Shown piece after piece: positions 28,613-43,110 of a DNA stretch of 64,000 bases. Origin of the DNA: Chrysomallon squamiferum (lineage: Eukaryota > Animalia > Mollusca); NCBI GenBank assembly GCA_012295275.1, contig CM022673.1, positions 558,001-622,000 on the forward strand, given 5' to 3'. The position numbers were made by a program, and so were the translations under genes. Under the pieces are notes generated by a model that did not search any database, had not been told where the DNA came from, and was given only the letters and a program-made list of their open reading frames with translations. Each line of letters starts with the position of its first letter. Within the stretch, counting starts at the first letter, position 1.

Positions 28613-30506
28613 TGGCCACAAACAAAATAAATCTTCTAAATCTATGCAGCAATTAAAAAACAAATGCTATTTCCTTTATATGAAGTAAAGATTTTCATAT
28701 CATACTTACATGCTACAAAATGTTTTTCCAAAATGAATATTTTGTTTCAAAACTGAAATTTGTAATGTTCAAATGTAATTAATATAATTTAAATTAAAAC
28801 ATTCAAAACAGAAAATTCATTATTTATGAACATATCTCCTGGTTATATTGTAATTACATTAAAATGTCTTCAAAATGGTATTGTTTACCACTACAATTTC
28901 CAAGAAACATTAATAATGGATAAATGTCCATAAAGAAACTGAGATAAGATCATGGGTATAATTATGATATCAAAACTTTCCAAAGTAAAGCATTTAAACA
29001 AAAACTTGTTCTGATCCCACAAATTAAATATTTAAACAATTCTACTTAACAGTTTATAAAGAAGATATATTTACAAGTAAAAATAAAGAATATTTGAAAG
29101 TCCATCAAAACTTTCTGTTTTCTTTTTTTTTTCTCACTGATATAAATATTTTGTAAAATATGATATTTTTTGTGTTCTTTAGAACAGCTCTGTCTCTCTC
29201 CATCCATCCATCCATCCATTAATCCACACACACACACATATTTTAAATAATATTTAAATTGTCAAAATAATGGTTGCTATCTAAATGTGGTCAATGGTTT
29301 GTTTTCTCCAAAATATTTTAAAAGTCAGTTAATCATCAGCATATGAAATAAAAGCAATTAATTAACATTCTATTATATTTTACCTAAATCCATTTCAAAA
29401 TAATAATCACAAACAGAATTTATCTGAAATGCAAAAAGAAATCAAAATCATTAGATATCTGTCCAGTAAAGATAAGATGTAAGTTTCTGAAAATCTTTTT
29501 AATTTTAAAAAAAATATCTCTGCGTTATGTTTGTAATTTATGGTTTGCCTTATACAACAAGTTTGATGCAATACAACCTTTGCTGAGTCAAGACACATTG
29601 AGAGATTTTTTCCGACAGTTAGATGACAGACAAAAGACTACAAAACACCAGACAACACATGATCACAATCTACTGTCATCATCAGTCAGAAAAACTAAAA
29701 CAAGAAAAAAAAAGAAAGAAAAGGACAAACAGGAAAAGAAAAACAATGAACAAGATTATTTAAATAGAAGAAAAAAGAAATATAATAAAAGCAAGAAAAA
29801 TTGATAATGAGACACAACAAAATTAAAGAAAAGATTAATAAAATGGAAAATGCAAGAAAGAAGAAGATAAAATAAAATAAAATAATTAAAATTAAAAAAA
29901 GAAGAAGATAATGATTTCAAAAATAAAATCAGAGGAAAAATAAACAACAGTAAAAAAGAGAAAGAAAGAAGAAATTTGTAAAAGAAAAGAACAAGAGAAA
30001 AAAGGCAAATCAAGAATAAGAAAAACTAGAAGATAAAATAAAGAAAAGAAAATGTTAAATATGATAATGCAAATCACGGATAGAGAAACTATTTTTTTAT
30101 TATTATTATTATTTTTCTTTTCTTTTTTCTTTCTTTCTTTTTGGTTCACTGAAGAACATGGAACACACATCTCAGAGTAAGGCAAAATGTGTAAGCAAAA
30201 GCAAAGAAATAGTTTCTTTATAAGAATCTGTCATTTCTTCATTAAACAGCCTGTCACATTGTTTGGGATTCAGACAATTTCCACTCTTATCTTGGCTGAC
30301 ATTCAACTGGAAAGATCATTTTATAAAAACACTGGTGGGTAGAGACAAATGGCCGCTTTCTGTTCATTTATCCTTTGTTTAAAATAAAATAATTTGATGT
30401 TAGATATTATTTACAGTAAAAAGATTTTTTTTTTTTTTTTTTTTTTTTAAACTTTTGTTCTCCTACAATTTAGTCTGGAACATATGATATCAAGGGGCCC
30501 TTAATA

Positions 30507-30541
<35 letters not shown>

Positions 30542-30989
30542 TATAAAATCATAATTTAAGCATTTATTTATTTATTTTTTCTTTAAATTTGTTCTTTTGG
30601 TTTTTTTTTAAAGTAAATCTATTTCAGTGTTGCAGTTTGAAAATGATTAATTATGAATCAGTGACTTAATATTTCTTTATTAAAAACAACTTAATGCTAA
30701 AATGACAAAAACCTTAAAATTATTTCATTTGCATATGAAAAGTGTAATATTTTAAAAAGAAAAACAAAAATAATACTAAATTCATGCATAAATAGTAGAA
30801 TTCTTTTGTTTGTTTTAAAATTGGAATAGAGTGCTTCCATAATGTTAAACAATCACATAAATTGGATGAAAAATTAAGATACATGGCAAAATAATAACTT
30901 ATGGATACAATTACACTGACAAAATCACCAGTGTGGAAAATGCAAATGAAGATGAAGATTAGATTATATAATCAGGGGGGTTGTGGACT

Positions 30990-30996
30990 TTTTATT

Positions 30997-31048
<52 letters not shown>
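30990..31048. repeat. (TTTA)n/(TTA)n microsatellite
   Basis: Directly visible. Confidence 0.9.
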
Positions 31049-31051
<3 letters not shown>

Positions 31052-32983
31052 GAACTGAGCATAATACAGTGGCAAAGGGTTACAATATTAATCTGTAGAC
31101 AATAAATATATTTTAAAATATTTTAAAACATTTAAAGTCATTTTATTTTATTTATTTTTTTTTTTTTTTGATAATCATCATCATCATCATCACAATTATT
31201 AATATTTTGTGACAAGACTGCAATAAAATAGTAAATTGTTTCCAAAACAAATAACAAGATATGTAACTAGAAAACAATGGTTCCACACCAACTGCCAGCG
31301 GCATGCCTCATCTTTCATCAGGAAATTTTGCTCAGATTCCAGGAACACCTTGGCATTCCTGAGCCATCACTAAGCTGTCATGTACTTACAAGAAAACTAG
31401 AGAACACTGTTATCATGGTGAAAAATATTACCTACCCTGATCTGATCACTGAAAAGCTCTTGCCTCTTTCCGGTACATAAGCCAATCCGGTTTTCACACT
31501 TCAAGAATCAGTTAAAGAGAGGGGTGGGGAAACAGAAAAATCAAAATGCTTCCTGGTTTACTCCCGAAAAAGTTTCTTGGCACTTCAACTTCTCAATGGA
31601 ACTGGGGATCAGTTTTCATCAATGATAAAAAGGCACATCCGTTCTGCTGAAGCCAATGAGCAGTCTGACAACATGGAAACACTGAACATTCATTCAGTCT
31701 TTTGCCGTACACACACACAAACACATACCACAAACTATGGCAAAAAAGAAAGAGAAGGATGAGGAGTAGGGTAGATGGGGGGAGCCAGAATAATTCCACA
31801 TATGTTACTGTTGAGTATAATATCCCAGAGGGGAGTCAATTAGGTCCTGCCCTGGGTACAGATCAGTGAAGCACAAGTGGGGGAATGGGCTAATTTCAGT
31901 GGCATATTAAAACAAAGCAACAGAAGCCAGGAGAAATGCAGTGTTCTGTTACACTGAAAATATTTTGGAGTTGGGCAAAACACACTGGCGTTAACCTGCG
32001 ATGAACTCTGCAATACTAGACTGTCTTGGTAATTTAATGTAGTTTAAAGAATTAAGGTAAAATGTTGTTGGTTTATTTTCCTTTTACCAAAGACATTATT
32101 TTTGTTTTCGTTCACTTGTTTTCTTATAAATATTATCTGTATCAAAAACTTTTTATGCAAAGAGTGAAATAGGAGCAGTCATTTGAAAAAGTTATTTATT
32201 AGTTTTAAAGATGAAATGATCTATTTCTTCTTCTTTAAAAAATAAAAAATAATTTTTGAAAAAACATACAAACAAAATACAAAATACAAACAAAACTATT
32301 AAAAATAAATTTTTTAAATGTTACAAAAGTTATTTCTACATTTTAATACCTTATCTGTTAATAATTTTTATCACTGTATTATTATTATTAATTTTTTACT
32401 TTTTTTTACCCCCATTTCTCAAACTTGGCAACTTCTTAATAAATGAATAAATATTATGAAATATCAAAAATTAACAAGCTCGATAATTTCTAAAACAGTA
32501 AAAACTAATTTTGTATTAAATTTTAACTTTAATTTAATTTTATAAGTGTTTAAAGGGAGACTGCAGGCTTGGTGTAGATTTATGGTACACTATCTTGGAG
32601 TAAAGATCTTAGATAAAAATAAAATAAATTAAGAATAGATGAATTTCAGTGAGAAACAGTAATTCTTTTTTTTTTTTTTTTTTTATTTATTTATTTATTT
32701 ATTATTATTATTTTTTTTTTTTGCATTTAAATCATACTTCTTGAATTTGTCCCATGTAGTTACTGAAGCTGCATATATGTTCACAGGAAATGGATCACAG
32801 GTTGATTAGCACACAAAATTGGCACACAAGAGATTGCAGAATCAACTGATCTCAAAGCATTCTTTTGATTTTTACCTGTTCAGGCCAGAAGTTAGTAAAA
32901 ATCATTTATTTACTTTCCTGTTAAGCAACTGAGGAATGTGTTTGCTGTTAATATGTCTTGATACCCATACTTCCCTTCCTTCC

Positions 32984-32985
<2 letters not shown>

Positions 32986-33080
<95 letters not shown>
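32986..33080. repeat. (CA)n microsatellite
   Basis: Directly visible. Confidence 0.97.
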
Positions 33081-33082
<2 letters not shown>

Positions 33083-35632
33083 GGAAAATAAAGAATAATA
33101 AAAACATATTTAAAAACAACAAATGAAATTACAGAAACAGCACTTGTTGTTCTTACAAGTGAACATACCAGATTACAGCAGAGACTGTGGGAAGAAGGTG
33201 AACAGGGACTCTGTGCTTCATGGAAGAATGGAAATCAAACAATAATAAAAGAAAGCCAGCTTCGGCAGATGAATCTAATGTTTCAGAAACACTAACCAAC
33301 ACTTCACTGTGCAAACACCATTGAATATGGCATTATCTTAGATTACACTCTCATATGTTTCAAGGCAGTCATTCAAGCAAACATCCTCATTTCACTGACT
33401 GAGTGAATGAACACAAACATACAACAATAAGAAAATGTTTTAATCATTGGCTTAAAGCTATCTTACTGTCTGCAGAATAGAAATTCATTTGTTAATACAA
33501 TGGTATCTTGTACTATAGAACTGAATATTATTATGTATCTGAATAGTGTATGTATGGAATGGTGAATCCATGGCAGTTGTGCTGAAGGTAATATTTAGGA
33601 CAAAAATGTAAATATATATTGTTCTTGATCATATTAAAAATAAAATAAAAACACTGTAAAGGACCACTAAATATTTTAACAACAACACTAAATATAATGA
33701 TAATAAATTATTTTAATTATAAAAATGTCATCAAATCTACCTGCATTATTTTGACACCATTGCTTATGCTTTTAACGTTGATACATATCTGCTAATGACC
33801 AGTAGACATATAGACAATGTAAATGTTGATATTCGTAATGATTAGTGCAAATAGCAATAGTGACAAGACTTGTACTGATAGTCATACAGCAAAGATGATC
33901 AGTAATAACCATCACAACAGTCCACCCACAAATACATGTAGTAAATATCAAATCATTACACTGTATACTGGCAACAATACTGAACATAAAACTTGATATA
34001 TTACTATGAAGATGATATTATGTTTGTAACAAGAATGTCCTTCCAGTCTAAGACAGAATCATATTTGAATCAAACTGAAAACTTCAATCAGACAAGTTAA
34101 AAGACTTCTTTTCAAATAATGTAAGCTGCAATTACAAGTAAGAACAAATTGTCCAAAACATACCAGAAATAATACCTAACAAAGGTAGCATTTGACTATA
34201 ATCTTCCAAAATAATTACATAAAACAAAGAATAAAAATAATACTGAAATCCCTTTAATTTACTTTGTGATTAGATAATTTCTGTCTCTGTTGCTCAATCT
34301 CATTCTCACTCTCTGTCGTTCTCTCTCTCTCACTCACTCACACACACAGATGCACACAACTCTCACAATCATACAAACACACACACATGCAATTATTTAA
34401 ATTTTAAAAACTTAGGCTCAAGGTTTATTGTACTTGTTTGAAACATTACTGAAATATTATACTAAGAAGTATTTAAATTTATATTGCAACAAATAAAGTA
34501 ACTGAAATGTGTACTGAAGTACTGGCTTCATTATTATATTGTTCAAGTATTTAAACTTTTATTTCAAATGTCAGTAGAGCCAGTGTCACTCAGTAAATAT
34601 TTTATTGAATTAATGTCTTTGTAATCAAAAGTCATCAACTTTTAACAAGTACTGGCACTCTATTTGTAAGTAGTCTTTTTTTGACTCACTTTGATCCAGA
34701 AACCTTGTTTAAAAGTTTATAATTGAGAGGCCAAGAAGTATAATGTTAGACACTATAATAAAGAAAAATGAATTGCAGAAATTTAATAAAGCTTTATTAC
34801 ATTTCTTCAGAATCCAATTCCTACCAGTGATATTATACAATAAACCAGAAATAAAACATGGGACAATAATAATATATTTGGAAATCTGAAGACACTGTAC
34901 AAACATAATTATATTCTTAAAAATCAAATAGACTTTTTTTTTTTTTTATTTAATTTTTTTTTTTTTTAAAAGAAAGAAAGAAATTTAAAAAAGAAGAAGG
35001 AAACACATTAATAATTTTAATATTATATGTGATAAACATGTTTTTGTGCATTTGTGATCTGGGATAACAATAATATATTTGGAAATGTTATGTTAAACTA
35101 CAATATAATTATGAAAATTATAAAGTTTGCAGAGGAATGAATTTTTATTAAATAATTAGAACATTTTAATATTAGAGGATATTTGTAACAATAATGTTTT
35201 TGTGTAAAGATAATTTCAGACAACAATATATTTAAAAATCAAGTACATTTACAATAGTCATAATGATACTCTTTAAAAATGAAAATAAAAAATAATAATA
35301 TAAAAAATAAAAAAAATTAAATTAAATGGTGATACTGAAAAATTATTAAATGGACAAGATTAATAAATATTTATTTAACACATCACAACATTTTAATATT
35401 AATGCTTATTAATTGAGAACCTCTGCCTTTTTAAAACACAAGCTAATTATTGTGTAAATTAGGGGTAAAATGAAAAGACCAAAAAAAAAAAAAAATAAAA
35501 AAAAAAATAAATTATGAATATGGTAAAATAAGATGAAAATAGAAATAAAAGAAAAAAGGAAACAAATATAAATGGAAGAAACAGTTGATGAAAAAGAAAG
35601 AAAAAAGAAAGAAAGGGAAAACGAAGACATAG

Positions 35633-35663
<31 letters not shown>

Positions 35664-38600
35664 AAAAAGTAGAGATTCTGCTTCTAATAAAACTATCAGT
35701 AGCCTAAATTGTGTTTCTGTTTGAGTTAGCCATGTTCATTAATCGCACCTCTCATCATTCATCCACTTAAGATGGCTATGCTTTCAGCAAATCATATATT
35801 GCTACTTTTTTTTTTTCACCAGGCATGATACAAGCTGCTCTGTATACCTTTCAACACTGCCATTCTCTGATTCTTCTTTTTAAAAAAAAAACACAAGTCA
35901 AACAAAAATTACTAAGATGAAACCATGATTTTTTCTTCTTTTTTTACTTTAAAAATATAATGAAACACTGATGTCTTTTGTATTTTTGTCTGTATTTAAT
36001 AACAATTAAAAAAAATGATACTAAAACTGTGAATGACCTTACTTAATATAATTATAAAAAGGAAATTAGCCATATAAACACTTTTAAATATCCTTGATAA
36101 TTATGAAACTAATCACTGACTGTGAAATAAATGATATCACAAAACAGACTAAATCAATTATTATACAATTATACCTGACTTTATATCATTTCGGCCTACA
36201 TCAAATCTGCCTTAAAAGAAGATTAAATAAATAAATAAATAAATAAATAAAAACACAATAGAAACCCCAAAATATTTACAATAAAATATTTACAAGCAAA
36301 GGAAACATCAAGTGCAAGGTAACTAACATAATTTAATTAATTCTATTTGTTATTCTTTACAAATTAAGACAAAAATATTCTTTAAATTCTTTAATGCCTT
36401 ATATTCTTCCAGATGTTTTTTATGCTAATTAGTGTAAATCTGTCATCATACTTAGATATTTTTAAGGGCAAATCATAAGAAAATGCTGTAATTGTATTGA
36501 TTTTATTAATTATTCTTTAAAAAAATGTGACTAAAATGTGTTTTAGAGATCTTGAAGACTCATTGATAGTAATAATCTTTCACAAGTTATTTATGCTAGT
36601 TTTACAGTGTTTGTAGTCATCTTAAGGCACTTTTAAAGGCATTGTGTCCAGTTTATGTTAAAAATGGGTTATGAGAGCACATAATTATAACTATAAAACA
36701 CTGCATATTTCAAACTTTTGTCATCTTTAAAATAATGAAAAATAATTTCTAACAACTTTTAAACAAATACAGGCAAAATCTGAAGAATAAAACAAATATT
36801 TCCTTTTTCAAAATTATTATTATTATTATTATTATTATTATTTTTTTTTTTTTTTTATTATTATTTTTTTTTTTTTTGATTGGGGAAATATGAAGTAAGG
36901 TTTGCTAGTTAATTTTTTTTTTTTGTAGAGTTTTTATTATTATTATTGCTATTGTTATTATTGTTATTGTTATTTTATTGTTATTGTTATTATTATTTTT
37001 AAAATCAATCTTTGATGAAAAATGTCTTCTTTTTTTTTCTATTTTTATAAACTGAATGAAAAATCACATTTGCATCAAACTGTGCTTGCTAAAATAACAA
37101 ATGAAAATGAACCTGCCATTTCTCACATTTTGTGACAAGCTGTGCCATTTTTTCAACCACAAATCATAAACTAGTAGTGAAAAAGGATAAAAATGAAAAA
37201 GATGAAGAAGAAACAGTAATGTGTAGAAAGAGAGTTAAATTTTAGGGATAAAGAAAAAAAGGCATTAAATTGAGAAAAGAAAAAAAAATGGATGGACAGA
37301 CAAATATGTGAATACAAAATTATATAAACTAAGAATAAAGTAAAGGAGAGAAAACAACAAAGCTGAGACTTGTGAATTGTGGATAGATATAAGGACAAGA
37401 GAAAGTGTGATATTATATACAGAAATAGAGAAAGGAGAGAAAGAGGTAGGTAGCCAGAGAAAGTGACAAAGACATTGTATGGAGTGAAAGGACATAGAAA
37501 CAAACTGAAAACAAAGTTAGTTAGATTGTGAGATTTCAATCCTTGGGATAAAATAAAGGATGCAAAAAGAAAAGAAAACAAAGACAAGAAACAGAGGGAT
37601 ATGTAAATGTAAAAATAAATGAAAAAAAAAAAATGAAATGAAAAAGGAGAATAATCAGGGAAGATGAAATATATTTGTGATATAATGAGTGGGGCATGTG
37701 TTATTGAGCCGAATCTGAGGCACCATTATTATGGTTAAAATATTTTTTTTTTAAATAAAAATAAAATGCAGTTTTCAAGTGATTCCATTTTCTATGGTTA
37801 AAGACACAGAAAATATAAAAGAAAGAGAAAAAGCAGGAGGAACACAAAAATGAAAAGGACGTACAGCTGGTTAGAATTAGCAACAAATTGGTCTAACAAA
37901 ATTAAGAATAACAAACAAAAGGAACACCACCATCACAATATATTACTTTTCAAATTAAAATGTTTGAAGATAGCAATTTAAAAAAAAAAATAATATAAGC
38001 AAATAAAACAAATAATTAGCACTCTGATATTTTACTTTTTTCTGTATTTAAAATAAACAATTAAAACATTCATCAAGGCATTCATATAGAAGTAGATATA
38101 ACCATCTTGCTCAATTTTCAAAAAACACCCAAAATCTAAAATTTATATTCAATTCTCACATTTTATTTACTCTTCTGGCAAGAACGATTTATAATATTTA
38201 CATGTGAAGAAATATCTTTGGTTGTAAATAAATCAGAGTTCTTGGAAAATAATACTTTTTTCCAACCCGCCTCCTGATAACACACAAAAAGCAAATCTCA
38301 TTATTATAGACAATAAAGGGTAAAATTTCACAAGTTTATTGGCCAGACCAGGATGCTGGCGGCAACTTGACACATATCAAGTGTGACATAAAAGCATGTT
38401 TATTTTTTTAACATTTTCTTTTCATACAGAAGAAACATTGCCAATTAGTTTGAATGGAAGTGTGTATTAATAAATAACATTAATAATATCAACCTCAAGG
38501 CTAAGAGTAGTGAAAATTTGTTATAGAAATACATCAAAATAAAAATAAACTATGTTAACATGAACAAAATTAGATTTTTAAAGACAAGAACAAAGAAAAA

Positions 38601-38961
38601 AAAACATAACAAAACAAAAATACACAAAGATGAAAATAAACGTTTTAAAAAAGTATAATTATATCCAAGTGAAAAATATTAAAATTTAGAAAGATCTCAA
38701 TGATAAGATAACATTAAAAAAAAAAAAAGAAGAAATATATATCCCAAATTCAAGATATCAGTTATAATTTTATGGTTAAATTTAGTAAAAGAGGGATAAA
38801 ACAACATATTTTTTCTTTTTACACAACTGCCAAACAATGCACAGATGAAAAAATATTTTTTGCAAATAACAGAATAAAAGTTTTTATTAAATAATTAAAT
38901 ATGAACATTTAAAACAAAAAACAAAATTTAAAAGATTATTAGATGAATGTATGTTGAAATA

Positions 38962-39182
38962 CAGGGTGGTCCAAAAGATGGTTGACAGTAAATGATAACA
39001 TTTATTTTGAGATCACATTTACAATTATATTTACTCCAAATAATTTAAATAATTTAAATAATTTAAATAATTGTAGTTATAAAATTTATATAATATAGCA
39101 CAAATAAGATAGTTATAATGAACACCATTGTAATAATATAACCCTAACCCATATACAGTCCACCTACTTTTGGACCACCCTG
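38962..39182. mobile_element. 221-bp non-autonomous Tc1/mariner-type MITE
   Basis: Perfect 16-bp terminal inverted repeat CAGGGTGGTCCAAAAG (38962-38977) / CTTTTGGACCACCCTG (39167-39182), extending to 29 bp with 4 mismatches. TA flanks both ends (38960-61, 39183-84). The interior is AT-rich and non-coding. Confidence 0.9.
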
Positions 39183-39475
39183 TATATAAAGCAATAAATA
39201 CAATCAATAGTTTTTAAATTCAAAAACAAAACAAAAATTGTATTTATATAAAAAAATTTAACTTAAACAGATATGTTGTCCTTGTATCTATAAAAAATAT
39301 AAATTATACTCTAAACTTCTATTTCAAAAGTGTCATTTAAAGAATCATACTCAATTCTATTCACTTGTTATTTTTTTAAAAAGAAATATTTAATTTTTAA
39401 TTTTCTAAATATTCTTCTTTCAAAAACAGTATTACAATATTTGCTTCAAAGATTGATTGTTTAGATGATGATGAC

Positions 39476-39507
<32 letters not shown>

Positions 39508-40056
39508 TAACAATAACAATAATAAAAATAATAATTTCTAGTTAGTCTTTTACAATTTAGTAAAACAAAAATTATTTTATCTCCCTATTTTGGAACTAAA
39601 CAAATTTAATTCAAAAGTTAAAAAGAACTGATTTCAATATAGGAGGCACTTATTTTTCAATAAATAAATAAATAAATAAAGTAAAAATACCAATAAGATA
39701 ATAAAATAATTAAAAAATAAATAATTTTAACTTGAAAATATGAAAAACTTTAATTTCAAGATTGTTCCATTTATTTCATTTTTATTATATATATATATAT
39801 ATGTATAAATACCAATACCAAACTTTATTTTTCATGCAGAGTCATTCTTACTTCATTAAAAAAAAAAAAAAAAAAAAAATTTAAAAAAAATAGAATTTTA
39901 GTTTCCAAACAGAAATTATTACAAAATGTTTACTATTTTTTAAAACCAAAATAATTTTAATAAAAATACACTGTAACAAATATTCATTTCCATAATACAA
40001 TTTCATTTTATTCTTTACTAATCTTTTATTTGGATTTCAAAAAATATAAGATAAAA

Positions 40057-40088
<32 letters not shown>

Positions 40089-41365
40089 AAATTAAAAATT
40101 ATATATATATATATATAATATTGCACTGATAGAAAAGTAAGAATTTTCTGATGTGTAAATGATTGCAAAAGTCTTATGGCTTTCTGATGTATGCACTCAA
40201 GTATATCACATCATCGGTATAGTCTCCCTGGAGAATGGAGCTTTAAGGACTTTCAAGTACAAAGGAAATTGTACTGTGTGTATCCCATCTTTGAGAGAAA
40301 CTTAAAGATGTTAACTGAAAACAAACTGGTACTTCAGGATAAAGAGACCTTGCTTTGTTTAATCAACCCAACATTTGTGCGCTTTGGTGCTTCCCTTTGT
40401 GATTTCTCCTACTTTTTATCTTTCACTTATTCATTCATCTTAAATAATTTATTATTAGTTTTTGCATATGATTACTGTTGTTATCATTGTTGTCATTATT
40501 ATTATTACTGTTACTATTAATCATCATCACCATCATCATTATTAAATAACCTGAAAATTTTAAATTAAAATTAGCAAAACAAAATGCAAACACAAGTTTA
40601 TTCAATTTTCAAAATTCATCAAAAAACTGAAAACCTTATATCTTAATTATAAATTAGGTATTGTGTCTTTTTTTTTATTTTTTAACTTTATTTTTTTATC
40701 TTTACTCTCACTACCACTTCCCTATATTTCAGAACCCACCACCTAAAATAATAAATGTGCTGGCCCTGATTTTGTAACAAAATGATATGTTTTCTTTCTG
40801 TGACAAGTCAAATCTAGTCAACTTAATCCCTGCATGAAAAATTTATTTTTTGTTGTTGTTTTTTTCAGCTTCGGGAGTTGCTATTTGGATTTCAATGCAT
40901 CTGTGTAAGTCATTAGACCATCTGTTGTTGATGATGAATTGTGCAGCCATAATGGTGTGTCTGTAAACCTGTTTAGAACATCTCAAAGACTTGTTCGCTT
41001 TTTTATCCTGTTTGTTTTATTCTTTGATTGTTGCAAAGTTCTTGTTTATTGCTGACTACGATGTCTCTATCATGTTTTGTAATATCAAAATAGATTTTTT
41101 TTTTTTTTTTTTTTGCCCCTCTCTACTTTCGATGTTGAGTTTTCTCAGCATTTAGAATAAGTTGTGTGTCAGTAAATATATGAGGTTTTAGAAATAAAAC
41201 AGAAATAACAGAAAATTGGAAAACAAAAAGATATCATCTGACTTTGTGGTAATGATATTGTATTGTCTTGCTTAAGACCTTGCTATTTTTTCTTCTTCAT
41301 TTGTATTTTTATACTGAGTCAAAAATAAGGAGCATTATTTATATAATAAATACACATATATATAT

Positions 41366-41366
<1 letters not shown>

Positions 41367-41450
<84 letters not shown>
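41367..41450. repeat. (CA)n microsatellite
   Basis: Directly visible. Confidence 0.97.
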
Positions 41451-41451
<1 letters not shown>

Positions 41452-42425
41452 TTTCCAAAGGATATAATTGTATTTTACCATTTAAAAACAAAACTTTTAT
41501 ACTTAAAATAGAACAAAGTCAATCTCTGCAGCATATATGTTGTTGTTGTGGGTTTTTTTTAAAAATGAACACAAATAATACATTTTAACTATAAATATTG
41601 ACAAGAGTTATAATATCAGTATAATAGGAATCCAATTTAAAATATACAACAAATTCTGATACAAAACTAAATGAAATCATATTTAAAGGGGTTGTGATCA
41701 GTTATGAATAATATTTTCAAAAGTACAATGAATTTTAAGGTTTAGAAAAAGAAAACAAAAGAAAACAACATTAATAAATCAGTATTTAAAGGAGTTACAT
41801 CCAGGCTGATAGGAATCCATTACTTTAGTTTTTCCTAAGTCATTTACCCATTTACCCTACAATTTAAACAACAAGATATTCACAGAAAAAGAATCTTAAA
41901 ATGAGTAACAAAAACATTTGACATTTGAATATTTCCTCTAAGAGAATTTGCTCTATTTGGTGCTAATAGTTGGCTGCCAACAATAGTATTTGCCAGTATA
42001 TTCTGAAAGCAATTAGTCACAAATTGTTTCAGTTCAGAACTGTGGGACGGTGATACAAACCTTGGCCAAACACAGACAGGGTGAGACATTAAGTGCCTTT
42101 TGTTGGAGGCTGTTTGCATTGTTTCTTATACGTTGGTGATGTTTGCATTGTTTCTTGAGCATTGGTGATGGCAGCGGGCACCTGTATGACCCGATGCCGA
42201 GTGTGTACATGTGGACTTTCAAAAATTTAGTGGTTTACTCATGACAATTGCTCCAGGATTACTTGAAAAATTTCGACACTCTCTTTGCAAGCAGATAGCA
42301 ACCTCTGACCCTAAATCTGCCACACTCTTCAGCTTAGCACAGACTTGACATGCCAGGTGATGAGTAGTAAGCTGGGATTTGAACTCTCATGAGCTGTTTC
42401 ATAGATAATTCCCCATTTTACTTAC

Positions 42426-42436
42426 GTGTTGCACAT
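42426..42436 (-). CDS. Candidate alternative short first coding segment of SoxD (M-C-N-T)
   Basis: acaATGTGCAACAC|gtaagt: consensus intronic donor, A at -3 of the ATG, 11 nt (phase 2), in frame with the SoxD exon. Short enough to occur by chance. Confidence 0.25.
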
Positions 42437-42574
42437 TGTTGTCACCACCACCTAAGATCAATTCTTCTGTGGTGTTTAACCCACCCATACAAATAGAACA
42501 TCTTGGTACACTTAAGATTGTTAGATTACAGCACTTGATGCTTTTTCAAGTACAAATAATGATTTGCCTTGGTA

Positions 42575-43110
42575 ATAGGATAATGGGATTTGGATTTTCT
42601 TATAGCATGGAGGATATGGTTATTGAAATAGGATAATGGTATTTAGGTTTTGTTATAGCTTACAGGAAACAGGATAATTGAAATTTGGTTTAGTTAGAAC
42701 ATAGAGGATTTGGTTAAAAAATATGATAATGAGATATGGGTTTAATTAGAGAGTAATATAACAGAATAATAGAATTTGAATTTAGAACATAGAAAATATG
42801 GTTACTGAATAGATTAATGGGTTTCTGGTTTAATTAGATAAACAGAATAACATAATTTGGATTTACTTACATCATAGTAGGGGTATGAATACACAAACAG
42901 AATAATAAAATTTGGGTTTATTTAGAGCACAGAGGGTATAGTCATGGAAACATGTTAGTTTGCCTTGGTAACATGTTAAGGGGATTTTAATTTAGTTAGA
43001 CAACAGAGTTGGCTAATGAAATAAGATAATGGGTCTTGTTTAGTTTAGAGGGCATGCTTATGGATGGCAGGATTCAGTTTAGTTACAACATAGAGGATAT
43101 AGTTACATCT
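42575..43110. repeat. Degenerate minisatellite, unit about 35-55 bp (ggataatgggatttggtttagttagaacatagaggatatggtta..aaata)
   Basis: Roughly ten diverged copies, with long and short units mixed. Confidence 0.8.

Noticed and set aside
37171-37587. 138-aa hydrophobic ORF and similar F/L/I-rich ORFs elsewhere
   Set aside because: Products of low-complexity T-rich tracts with no family resemblance.
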